Assembly (NCBI GenBank): GCA_963728915.1
Contig: CAVSLV010000003.1
Location: forward strand, 192,370 to 256,369
Origin: an uncultured Gemmatimonadales bacterium
GTDB taxonomy: Bacteria > Gemmatimonadota > Gemmatimonadetes > Gemmatimonadales > GWC2-71-9
DNA length: 64,000 nucleotides
Reading direction: 5' to 3'
Positions within the stretch are counted from its first letter, which is position 1; each line of letters opens with the position of its first letter. Positions 28,452 through 37,219 of this stretch are shown in pieces. The translations under genes were made by a program, and so were the position numbers. A model generated the notes under the pieces. The model did not search any database. It had not been told where the DNA came from and was given only the letters and a program-made list of their open reading frames with translations.

Positions 28452-31316
28452 TTATCGCACCACGAGCGCCGCGAGACGCTTGTCGATTTCTTCCCTGGAG
28501 AGCCAGCGGCCTCCGATCACTACGCCTTCTCGCTTCCCGACGTTGTGGATGTCCGTCAGCGGATTGCCCGCGAGGAGCACCAAATCGGCCCGCTTGCCCA
28601 CCGCGATGGTCCCCGCTTCGTCCTGGTTCCCGAGGAAGCGCGCCACGTTGATCGTGCCGGTGGCGAGAGCCTGGTACGGCGTCAGTCCGGCCGTCACATA
28701 GGCGGCCATCTCCCGGGCGACCGAAAACCCCGGGGCATTGAACAACTGGGGCGAGTCGGAGCCGAGCGCAATGGGGACTCCGGCGCTCTGCATGGCCTTG
28801 ATGATCTTCCGGCGCAGGACGAGAAACCGCTGCCGGTCATCCATGGTGAGCGTGGTGTCACCGCGGATCTGGCGGGCCTGGGTCACCCAGCCGTTCGCCA
28901 TCGAGCGCGCCACGTAGAGGAGCTCGGGCCGGTCATACAGGGCCTCGATCGTTTCGTTGCCGAGCACCGATTCGAAGAAACCCTGGGTGGGGACAATCCA
29001 GGTGCCGGCGGCCCTGGTCTCGGCCACCAGCGCGGCCAGTCGCGACTGGTCCAGGCTGTCGATCAGGGGCAGCCCGAAGAAGCCGTCCTCCTTTGGCGTC
29101 TTCGGCGGATGCATGGCGAGCGCCTCGACATACCCGTCCAGGTGATCGATGCTCCAGTACTTGGCCTCCAGGGCGCGATGGAGGCCCACCTCGAGCGGCA
29201 CATGGCCGGCAAAGCGGATCCCGAGCCGGTCGGCGGTGTTCACCATCGAATCGAACGCTTCCCGCGGCACGCCCGGGTGGATCTTGAGGAAATCGTAGCC
29301 AAGGGTCTTTTCGGCGATCACCATGCGGACCGCCGAATCCGCATTGGGCACGCTCTTGTCGTTGAAGGAGGGGCCTGAGGTCCAGATCCGGGGGCTCAGG
29401 ATCTCCCCGCGACTGGCCCGATCGCGGAACTCGATGTGCTTGGGAATCCCCAGCATCCCCCGCACCGTGGTCACCCCGTTCAGGGCCCAGAGCTCCAGGG
29501 TCCGGGCGATCTCGGAGTCGCTGGCGGCGCCGGGCGGAATGTGGGCGTGCATCTCCCCTAACCCGGGGATGAGGTACTTCCCCGCCCCGTTCACCCGCTC
29601 CGCCCCGGCCGGAACCCGCACGGTGCCGGCGGGTCCCATCGCCGCGATGCGATCGCCCTGCACCACCACGGTCTGGCGGGAAAGCACCCGCATCCGGTCC
29701 ATCGGGATCACGTTCACGTTCTGGAAGACCACCGGAGCGCGCTGCACCGTGTGGCGGAGCACCCGCCCGCCTCGCGCCGCAGTGAATCTCCCGCTGTCGA
29801 CCTCGATCTGGCCGTTCACCAGCACGTACTCGATGCCGACCGGATACTGATGGGGCTGTTCATAGGTGGCCTTGTCCGCCACGGTCGCCGGGTCGAACAC
29901 CACGATGTCGGCCATGAGTCCTGTCGCGATCTTCCCACGATCGGCGAGACTCAGCCGCGCCGCGGGCAGCGACGTCATCTTGCGGACCGCGTCGGCCAGG
30001 GTGAGCACTTTGAGGTCCCGCACGTAGCGTCCCAGCACCCGCGGGAAGGTCCCGTAGTTCCGGGGATGGGGCACCGAGTTTCCGGGTCGGGAAAGCGCGC
30101 CATCGGAGGCAATCGCGGTCCAGCGATATTTCATGATCCGCTGCACGTCGCCTTCGTCCATTACGTGATACACCATGCTGGCGCCGCCCTTCTGCACTCC
30201 CTCGATGACCAGCGGCACCGCGCCCTGCGAAGTCGGGGGCACTCCCCGCTCCACCGCCCAGTCGTAGAGCGTCTTCCCGTTGAGATCGGGTTTCCAGCTC
30301 ACGCTGGCGAACTGCACCCGCTTGAGATCGCCGCCGCCGCGGTCGTTGTCGAGGATGTCCACGATCCCCTTCTCGATGCTGTCGCGGAGCACCGGATCCT
30401 TGAGCCGCCGCGCGAAGGCGCTGTCGCCGTCGGCCATGGCCCAGGCGGGCGCCAGCACGTTGAAACTGGTGGAGCTGGCATCGTAGGGATATTCGTCCGC
30501 GGTGACATCGAGCCCGGCCGCCCGCGCCGAGTCGATCATCGCGAGCGTCTTGACGCTCGCGCCCCACATGGCCTTGCCGATCACCTTGTGATGGGTGAGC
30601 ACGACCGGGATATGGGCCTCCCGCGCGATCCGGATCGCTTCCCCCACGCCCTCCAGCACCCCGATCCCTTCCTTGCGGAGGTGCGAGGTGTAGAACCCGC
30701 CCGAATCCGCCGCGACCCTGGATACGGCGATGACCTCTTCGGTGGTCGCATAGGTCTGCGGCACGTAGAAAAGTCCGGTGGAGATTCCGTACGCTCCCTC
30801 GTGCATCGCTTCGGCCACCATGCGCTGCATCCGCGCCAACTCTTTCTCGTTCGGGGCCCGGTCGCTCCGGCCGAGCACCTGCTGCCGGATGGTGCCGAAT
30901 CCGACCAGGAACGGCGCGTTGATGCCGAGGGGAAGCTTCTCGACCTTGCCGAGATACTCCCCGAAGGGATACGGGCCACCTCCATCCGGACCACCCAGCG
31001 CGGTGGTCACCCCCTGGCGCACCCGGCTCTCGGCGTCGGGCATCTGGAGGATGGCTTCGTTGTGGGCGTGCAGGTCGATGAACCCGGGCGAGACCACCCG
31101 GTTCCGCGCGTCGATCACCCGGGCCGCGCTCCCGGCGGGAATCGGGGTCCGCGACACCAGGACGATGCGGTCGCCCTTGATGGCGAGGTCGGCGCGGAAC
31201 GCCGGAGCGCCGGTGCCATCGAGAACCATTCCCCCGGCGATGACCACGTCGTAGCGGGGCGCCTGTTGCTGCTGCGGCGCGGCGGCAAGCAGCGCCGTCA
31301 GGACGGAAAGCATCAT
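28452..31316 (-). CDS. Tandem amidohydrolase fusion (D-aminoacylase-like + second amidohydrolase), exported
   Basis: SD AGGAG; domain 1 PGFIDLHAH...SDG...HPRNYGTFPR; domain 2 PGLGEMHAH...AGHV...IDHL...GSDSP...GKRADLVLL. Confidence 0.88.
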   Translation of the reverse strand: MMLSVLTALLAAAPQQQQAPRYDVVIAGGMVLDGTGAPAFRADLAIKGDRIVLVSRTPIPAGSAARVIDARNRVVSPGFIDLHAHNEAILQMPDAESRVRQGVTTALGGPDGGGPYPFGEYLGKVEKLPLGINAPFLVGFGTIRQQVLGRSDRAPNEKELARMQRMVAEAMHEGAYGISTGLFYVPQTYATTEEVIAVSRVAADSGGFYTSHLRKEGIGVLEGVGEAIRIAREAHIPVVLTHHKVIGKAMWGASVKTLAMIDSARAAGLDVTADEYPYDASSTSFNVLAPAWAMADGDSAFARRLKDPVLRDSIEKGIVDILDNDRGGGDLKRVQFASVSWKPDLNGKTLYDWAVERGVPPTSQGAVPLVIEGVQKGGASMVYHVMDEGDVQRIMKYRWTAIASDGALSRPGNSVPHPRNYGTFPRVLGRYVRDLKVLTLADAVRKMTSLPAARLSLADRGKIATGLMADIVVFDPATVADKATYEQPHQYPVGIEYVLVNGQIEVDSGRFTAARGGRVLRHTVQRAPVVFQNVNVIPMDRMRVLSRQTVVVQGDRIAAMGPAGTVRVPAGAERVNGAGKYLIPGLGEMHAHIPPGAASDSEIARTLELWALNGVTTVRGMLGIPKHIEFRDRASRGEILSPRIWTSGPSFNDKSVPNADSAVRMVIAEKTLGYDFLKIHPGVPREAFDSMVNTADRLGIRFAGHVPLEVGLHRALEAKYWSIDHLDGYVEALAMHPPKTPKEDGFFGLPLIDSLDQSRLAALVAETRAAGTWIVPTQGFFESVLGNETIEALYDRPELLYVARSMANGWVTQARQIRGDTTLTMDDRQRFLVLRRKIIKAMQSAGVPIALGSDSPQLFNAPGFSVAREMAAYVTAGLTPYQALATGTINVARFLGNQDEAGTIAVGKRADLVLLAGNPLTDIHNVGKREGVVIGGRWLSREEIDKRLAALVVR

Positions 31317-31706
31317 GGAGCTGCTCCTGCATGCCGTATGAGAACGTCGTTGATCTGCGCCATCTCGAAAGCTACCTCCCAGCACCAGACTCCGGCGAGC
31401 GAGCTCCTACGCAGCACCCCACAAGCCCGTCCTCATCGCTACTTCGAGCGATGCGACGGCCTGAACCTTCTGGAGAGCGTACCTGCCGTCCAAGTTCGCC
31501 GACATCCGCCTGATCGTTCCCCAGGCTGTGATGTCCGCGGCCACGATTAGCTGACCAGTCGACAATCCATCTGGGGGATCAGGGTACTGCGTTGGAAATG
31601 GGCGGCCGAAGTTCGCTTGCGCGGGTCGCGCCCAAGAGCCAGGTTGAGGGCAGTCCACTTTGGGTTATGCCGTTGCCTTCCTTGACCGAAATACAGGTTG
31701 GCATTA

Positions 31707-31734
31707 GGTTCCATTCTGGTACCACAATGGAACC
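31707..31734. promoter_or_regulatory. 28-bp palindromic TA operator
   Basis: GGTTCCATT-C-TGGTACCA-C-AATGGAACC, 3 bp before the antitoxin ATG. Confidence 0.8.
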
Positions 31735-31737
31735 CCT

Positions 31738-31980
31738 ATGCCGACGCTGACGATCAAGGGCCTGCCTGACCCCCTCTACCGACGACTCAAACAGCAAGCC
31801 GAAGCCCATCGGCGCAGCCTCAACGGCGAGATCATCGTCTGTCTCGAGCGCGCCGTCGGCGCCGCGCAACCCGAGCCCCGGACCTGGCTCGCTCAAGCGC
31901 GCGCGTTGCGCGAGCGTCTCCAGGGGCGGCCGCTCAGTGACCGCCAACTGAGAACCGCCCGGCGAGCTGGACGAGCGTGA
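31738..31980 (+). CDS. FitA-like ribbon-helix-helix antitoxin
   Basis: MPTLTIKGLPDPLYRRLKQQAEAHRRSLNGEI (Arc/RHH pattern); overlaps the toxin start. Confidence 0.9.
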   Translation: MPTLTIKGLPDPLYRRLKQQAEAHRRSLNGEIIVCLERAVGAAQPEPRTWLAQARALRERLQGRPLSDRQLRTARRAGRA

Positions 31981-32387
31981 TCGTCGCCGATGTCAACCTG
32001 GTCGCCTACCTGCTGCTCGGGGGCCCCGGCACCGAACTCGCCCAGCAGGTCTTGGAGCGGGATCCAACCTGGGCTGCACCCGTCCTGTGGCGGAGTGAAT
32101 TCCGAAGTATTCTTGCCTCCTTCATCCGCCAGCGAGGGCTTGAAATCCAGGATGCGTGGCAGGCGCATGAACTCGCAGAGGGCTTGCTTGGCCCTCACGA
32201 GTACACGCTCGCTGGCGAACGGGTGCTTCAACTCGTGGCTGCCTCTCCCTGCTCGGCCTATGATTGTGAGTATATAGCGCTGGCCCAGGAGCTCGGGATC
32301 CGCCTGGTCACGTCGGACCGGGAAGTCCTCCGGCATTTCCCGCAGGTGGCGGTGAGCCCCCGCGCGTTCGTTCACGGCACGGCATAA
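31977..32387 (+). CDS. vapC: PIN-domain toxin (VapC/FitB-like)
   Basis: IVADVN...SEF...AYDCEY...LVTSD acidic PIN residues; stop TAA lies in the attC inverse core. Confidence 0.9.
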   Translation: MIVADVNLVAYLLLGGPGTELAQQVLERDPTWAAPVLWRSEFRSILASFIRQRGLEIQDAWQAHELAEGLLGPHEYTLAGERVLQLVAASPCSAYDCEYIALAQELGIRLVTSDREVLRHFPQVAVSPRAFVHGTA

Positions 32388-32444
32388 CCCGCGCTTGCAG
32401 CAGACCGGGGCGTGAGCGCGGCAGCGCAAGCGCAGACGTCAGGC
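32382..32444 (+). repeat. Degenerate attC site (internally deleted, 63 bp)
   Basis: GCATAAC-ccgcgcttgcagcagaccggggcg...aagcgcagac-GTCAGGC. Left arm is near-identical to the attC at 59582; most of the right arm is missing and the core is GTC instead of GTT. Confidence 0.8.
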
Positions 32445-32484
32445 AGCCTGGAGTTCTTCTGACCGCCACGGTTTGGTGGGGGCT

Positions 32485-32760
32485 ATGCTCCGAACATTGT
32501 TCCAGCACACCTCAGGACTCAGTCCACTCCTTCTCCTGGCCGCTGGCGTCACGATGCAGGCCCAGGCCCAGGCGGCCGTGCTGAAGGACCAGCGGGTTCG
32601 CCTCACGACGCCCGACAGAGCGCCACGCCGATTGGTGGGCCGTTTTCTGCAACTGCGGGCGGACAGCCTGGTGCTCCAAGTCGGGCAGCAACAGGTCGCC
32701 GTACCACGCGCCGAGGTGACGCGACTCGAGGTCAGCCGACTGGAAGTCGGGAAAGATCTA
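32485..32760 (+). pseudogene. Truncated exported protein, probable remnant of a second cassette (3' limit approximate)
   Basis: Signal peptide then RVRLTT...LVGRFLQLRADSLVL...VTRLEVSR; the frame then runs without a stop into the antisense dehydratase gene. Confidence 0.55.
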
Positions 32761-32833
32761 CGTGACTCAAGCCGTCGGCGGCGACAAAACGATGACGGGG
32801 CTCGTGACGCCGACGCTGAACTTCGAGCTCATT

Positions 32834-33853
32834 TCAGGTGGCCGTACCCTCGAGTAAGGCAGCGCCTCGCGCCAGGTGTTCGGCGTAGCGCTCGGGCGAA
32901 ATGTTGGTTCCGCAGACGATCAGGCCGACCTTCCTGCCCCGCAGCCGATCCCGGAGTGGTCCGAGCAGCGCGGCGGTGGCGGCCGCGCCGGCCGGCTCGA
33001 CCGCGAGCTTCATGCTCCGGAACAGGAGGGCCAGCGCCTCACGCATCGCATCGTCGCTCACCAGCACGAGGTCGGTGAGCCCCCGCCGGCAGAGATCCAG
33101 GCTGTAGGGCAGCGTATAGGGCGGGCTCAGGCTGTCGGCGATGGTGCGCGCCCCGCCTTCCGGCACCCGCTCCGGCTTCCCGGAGCGGAGGCTCCGGAGC
33201 ATCACGTCGTTCCCTTCGGGCTCGACCCCGAAGACCTCGCAGCGGGGCGCGATCAGCTTGATCGCGGTGGCCACCCCGGCGGCCAGCCCTCCGCCGCCGA
33301 CCGGGACGATCACCGCCTCGAGGTCAGGAGCCTGGCGGAGCAGCTCGCGGCCCAGCGTCGCGGTGCCCAGCGCGGTCCTCGGTCCTTCGAACGGGTGCAC
33401 GAAGCTCCGCCCTTCCTCCCGCTCGATCCGCTCGGCTTCGGCAAACGCCCGGTGCACATCGGCCACCAGGACCGGCTGCGCTCCTAACCCGCGACACCGC
33501 TCCACCCGGAACGGGTCGGCGGTCTTCGGCATCACCACCTTCGCGCTGGTGCCCAGCACCCGGGCGGCCCAGGAGACCGCGATCGCGTGGTTGCCCGCGC
33601 TCACCGCGGTGACCCCGCGGGCCAGCGCCTCGCGATCGAGTCCCTGCATGACCGAAAGCGCGCCGCGCGCCTTGAAGCTCCCGGCGTGCTGCCACAGCTC
33701 CAGCTTGAGGACCGGCTCGGCGCCCGCCCGCCGGGCGACCCCTTCGTCGTGCCAGGCCCAGACCGGGGTTTCCCGGATGTAGGGGGCGAGTGCCGATGCC
33801 GTGTCCTCGATCTGGGTGATCGAAATCGGCGTCGTGGAATCCGTTCCGGTCAT
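32834..33853 (-). CDS. Threonine/serine dehydratase (PLP fold type II)
   Basis: GSFKARG, SAGNHA, VGGGGL, EPAGA. Confidence 0.9.
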   Translation of the reverse strand: MTGTDSTTPISITQIEDTASALAPYIRETPVWAWHDEGVARRAGAEPVLKLELWQHAGSFKARGALSVMQGLDREALARGVTAVSAGNHAIAVSWAARVLGTSAKVVMPKTADPFRVERCRGLGAQPVLVADVHRAFAEAERIEREEGRSFVHPFEGPRTALGTATLGRELLRQAPDLEAVIVPVGGGGLAAGVATAIKLIAPRCEVFGVEPEGNDVMLRSLRSGKPERVPEGGARTIADSLSPPYTLPYSLDLCRRGLTDLVLVSDDAMREALALLFRSMKLAVEPAGAAATAALLGPLRDRLRGRKVGLIVCGTNISPERYAEHLARGAALLEGTAT

Positions 33854-33919
33854 GTGTCCACCGGCTCCGTTAGTCTCGTCACACAACAAGGAACGGATTC
33901 AGCCGAAAGGAGGAGAATC

Positions 33920-34279
33920 ATGCGGCTTCAACATCTGGCGTTACTGACCGGTCTCGCGGGGTTCGTCGCGACCGGGTGCTCGCGAAACCGGGTCGAAGAG
34001 GGAATGGCGACCGAAGAGACCGCAACGGTCCAGGTCGAGAACGATAACGTCTTCAGCATGAAGATCTCGGTAGTTCGCGCGCCGAGCGGAGCGGAGTATC
34101 GCCTGGGCACGGCGCCCGGCATGACGAAGTCGGACTTCCAGATTCCCCGGAGCCTCTTGACCGGAGTGGCCGACGTCACCTTTTCGATTACTCCCTTGAG
34201 CGGCGGTCATCCCCGATTCACCCGCACCATTACCGTGAGTCCCGGCGAACAGCTCATTCTGAGAATCCCGCCGATCTAG
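33920..34279 (+). CDS. Small lipoprotein
   Basis: SD AGGAG; lipobox-like VATGC after a hydrophobic leader. Confidence 0.8.
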   Translation: MRLQHLALLTGLAGFVATGCSRNRVEEGMATEETATVQVENDNVFSMKISVVRAPSGAEYRLGTAPGMTKSDFQIPRSLLTGVADVTFSITPLSGGHPRFTRTITVSPGEQLILRIPPI

Positions 34280-35202
34280 AACACATCCGTGTTCACGTTC
34301 CCGCCGCAGAGGACCGCAATGGCCCTGCGGCGCGGAACGGTTCCCCGAAGGTAACCCGCCAGCGCGACCCCGGCTGCGCCCTCGACCAGGAAGCCATGCT
34401 CGTCGCGGATCCTCCGCATCGCCCCGAGAATCTCGTCCTCGGGAATGGTGCGGTAGTCGTCCGCGAGGGTCCGGCAGAGCGGAAAGGTGATTGCGCCGGG
34501 CTCGATGCCTCCGGCGGTCCCATCCGAAAGGGTCGGTTTCGACTCCAGCTCGACGATCGTGCCCGATCGCACCGAGGCGATCATGACGGCGGAGTTTTCC
34601 GGGGAGCATCCGATCACCCGGACGCCGGGCCACACCGATTTGAGATGCGCGGCAATCCCGCTCAAGAGGCCGCCGCCGCCCAGCGCGATGTACACCTCGT
34701 CGACCGGTTCGGACTCCCGCGCCAGCTCGACCCCGATCGTGCCCTGTCCCCCGATGACCTCGGGATCGTTGTAGGGCGAGACGTAGGGGATCCCCAGCCG
34801 CTCCCCTTCCCGGCGCGCGAAGACTTCGGCGGCGCCGGAATCGGTTCCGTGCTCTTCGATCCTCCCGCCCAGCGAGTTGATGAGGGCGAGCTTGCCGGGA
34901 CTTGCCCCCCGGGACACCACGATCCGGGCCGGGAGTCCGATCAGTCCTGCCGCGTACGCCACCGCGGCGCCGTGATTGCCGGTCGAGGCGGTGATCACCC
35001 CGCGACTCCGCTCGACGGGGTCGAGCGCGAGGAGCTTGTTGAGCGCGCCGCGCACTTTGAAGGAGCCGGTATGCTGACGATTCTCGAGCTTGAGGAGGGG
35101 GCCGAGCCGGGAAGGAATCAGGGGCGTTTCAAGAATCCAGGGACGAATACGCTCCTCCGCCGCGAGAATCTCGCGGCGGATGTGCTCGACCGAAATGTCC
35201 AT
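34276..35202 (-). CDS. Threonine/serine dehydratase paralog
   Basis: TGSFKVRG, STGNHG, LGGGGL, CGGN. Confidence 0.9.
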   Translation of the reverse strand: MDISVEHIRREILAAEERIRPWILETPLIPSRLGPLLKLENRQHTGSFKVRGALNKLLALDPVERSRGVITASTGNHGAAVAYAAGLIGLPARIVVSRGASPGKLALINSLGGRIEEHGTDSGAAEVFARREGERLGIPYVSPYNDPEVIGGQGTIGVELARESEPVDEVYIALGGGGLLSGIAAHLKSVWPGVRVIGCSPENSAVMIASVRSGTIVELESKPTLSDGTAGGIEPGAITFPLCRTLADDYRTIPEDEILGAMRRIRDEHGFLVEGAAGVALAGYLRGTVPRRRAIAVLCGGNVNTDVF

Positions 35203-35218
35203 CGGCAGGACCGGCGAA

Positions 35219-36220
35219 CTACGAGGCGCGTCGGAGCGTGCGGAGATGACGGAACCCGACCATGCGACCGCTCTCCTCATCCCACAGCTTGAGGCCCATG
35301 GTCCGGATGCTCTGCCCGATGGTGAGGGTCGTAACCCGCTGGAACTCGGGGTTCTCCTCGTGACAACGTTCCAGCCGGTAGTTGGGAATCCGCGGGCTCA
35401 GATGGTGCACGTGATGGAACCCGATGTTCCCGGTGAACCACTGGAACACGCGGGGAAGCCGGAAATAGGAGCTGCCCATCATGGCCGCGGTGGCGTAGTC
35501 CCAGTCGCCCGAACCGCGCCAGTAGGCATCCTCGAACTGGTGCTGCACGTAGAAGAGCCACACGCCGGTCGTGCCGGAGATGACCAGAATCGGGATCCAG
35601 ATCATCATGAATTCCCGGAAGCCGATGAGCAGCGAGAGCGCGGTGATCAATCCGGCGAGCGCGAGGTCGGTGCCGAAGACGTTCACGATCTCCCGCTTGC
35701 CTGCGAAGGTGGGCGAGGGCCAGCGATGCTTGATGAAGAGATAGACCGGGCCGAAGCCGAGCAGGACCAGCGGGTTACGGTACAGCCGGTAGCGGAGCCG
35801 GCGCCACCGGCCCAGCGCGAGATATTCCTTCACCGTGAGGGTGGAGATGTCGCCGATGCCGCGCTCTTCGAGATGTCCCGAGGTGGCGTGGTGAATCGCG
35901 TGCTCCCGGCGCCAGTGCGAGTACGGCACCGCGGTGAGAATCCCGGTCACCCAGCCGACGATGTCATTCCAGAGCCGGGACGGCAGGAAGGAACCGTGGC
36001 CGCAGTCGTGCATGATGATGAAGGTGCGGATCGCGAGCCCCGCGGCGGGGATCGCGAGGAGCAAAGTGAGCCAGTAGCTCACCCCCAGGCTCCAGTACAT
36101 CAGAGCGAAGATGCCGAGCAGGGGGACGATGGTGGTCACCAGCTGCCAGACCGCGCGGCGCACGCTCGGCACCTGGTACCGGGCCACCATGTCCTTCCAG
36201 GATGTGGATCGAGAAGTCAC
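35219..36220 (-). CDS. Membrane fatty-acid desaturase
   Basis: His boxes HDCGH, HAIHH, HHVHH. Confidence 0.93.
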   Translation of the reverse strand: MTSRSTSWKDMVARYQVPSVRRAVWQLVTTIVPLLGIFALMYWSLGVSYWLTLLLAIPAAGLAIRTFIIMHDCGHGSFLPSRLWNDIVGWVTGILTAVPYSHWRREHAIHHATSGHLEERGIGDISTLTVKEYLALGRWRRLRYRLYRNPLVLLGFGPVYLFIKHRWPSPTFAGKREIVNVFGTDLALAGLITALSLLIGFREFMMIWIPILVISGTTGVWLFYVQHQFEDAYWRGSGDWDYATAAMMGSSYFRLPRVFQWFTGNIGFHHVHHLSPRIPNYRLERCHEENPEFQRVTTLTIGQSIRTMGLKLWDEESGRMVGFRHLRTLRRAS

Positions 36221-36269
36221 CCTGGGAAAATAGCCCCGAAGCCCCTCCGAGACCAATTATGTTCTCTTT

Positions 36270-37178
36270 ATGTCCATCCGGCCGGTCCGCCAGCTGATCG
36301 AATCCCAGCCGACGCTCGAAGGAGCCGGAGTGCACCTGCGCCGGGCGTTCGGATTCGGCAAGAGCAATCAGTTCGACCCCTTCCTGCTGCTGGATGATTT
36401 CCGGAACGAGCGCCCCGAGGATTACAAAGCTGGATTTCCCTGGCACCCCCATCGGGGAATCGAAACGATCACCTATGTCCTCGCCGGCACCGTGGAGCAC
36501 GCCGACAGCCTCGGCAATAGCGGGGTGATTTCCGCGGGTGACGTGCAATGGATGACCGCGGGCCGCGGCATCATCCACCAGGAGATGCCGGAGGGGGACG
36601 ACCGGGGCCGGATGCACGGCTTCCAGCTCTGGGCCAATCTGCCGTCCGCGCTCAAGATGACCGAGCCGAGGTACCAGGAGATCAAGGCGCCGGAGGTGCC
36701 GGTGGTGGTGGACGATGACGGCACCGAGATCCGGGTCGTGTCGGGTGAGTTCTTTGGGAAGCGCGGCCCGGTCGAGGGCATCGCCGCCGATCCGGTCTAC
36801 GCCGATATCTGGGTGCCGCCCGGCAAGCGGAAGCGGCTTCGGGTCGAGACGACCCGCAACGCGTTCGCGTATGTCTTCCAGGGCAGCGGCAAGTTTGCCA
36901 ACGCCTCCGAGCCGCAGGGCGTGATGACCGAGGGAGCCGACCAGGTGGCTCGGCTGGTGGAGCCCACCGAAGCTGGCAATCGCTCCCTCATCCTGTTCGA
37001 CCAGGGCGACGAGATCGTGGTCCAGGCCGGCGAGGACGGCATCCGGTTCCTGCTGGTTTCCGGTGAGCCGCTCAAGGAACCGGTCGCGTGGTGGGGTCCC
37101 ATCGTGATGAACACCCGGGACCAGCTCGACCAGGCCATTCGGGAGCTTCGGGAAGGAACTTTCCTCACCAACCGGTAG
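36270..37178 (+). CDS. Pirin family protein
   Basis: DPFLLLD, HPHRGIET, GIIHQE, GPIVMN. Confidence 0.95.
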   Translation: MSIRPVRQLIESQPTLEGAGVHLRRAFGFGKSNQFDPFLLLDDFRNERPEDYKAGFPWHPHRGIETITYVLAGTVEHADSLGNSGVISAGDVQWMTAGRGIIHQEMPEGDDRGRMHGFQLWANLPSALKMTEPRYQEIKAPEVPVVVDDDGTEIRVVSGEFFGKRGPVEGIAADPVYADIWVPPGKRKRLRVETTRNAFAYVFQGSGKFANASEPQGVMTEGADQVARLVEPTEAGNRSLILFDQGDEIVVQAGEDGIRFLLVSGEPLKEPVAWWGPIVMNTRDQLDQAIRELREGTFLTNR

Positions 37179-37219
37179 GATTCCACTCCCCGGCACGAAC
37201 ATTGAATTGGACGGTCGCC

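Larger units (their letters stand above)
31664..32444 (+). mobile_element. Solitary integron gene cassette carrying a toxin-antitoxin pair
   Basis: Starts with core GTTATGCCGT (31664) and ends with the complementary ACGGCATAAC (32379-88), followed by an attC of the same family as those at 59.6-62.7 kb. Confidence 0.82.

Noticed and set aside
29751..31550. Long antisense and alternative-frame ORFs (this one and many others in the track)
   Set aside because: High-GC shadow ORFs opposite well-supported genes; no motifs.
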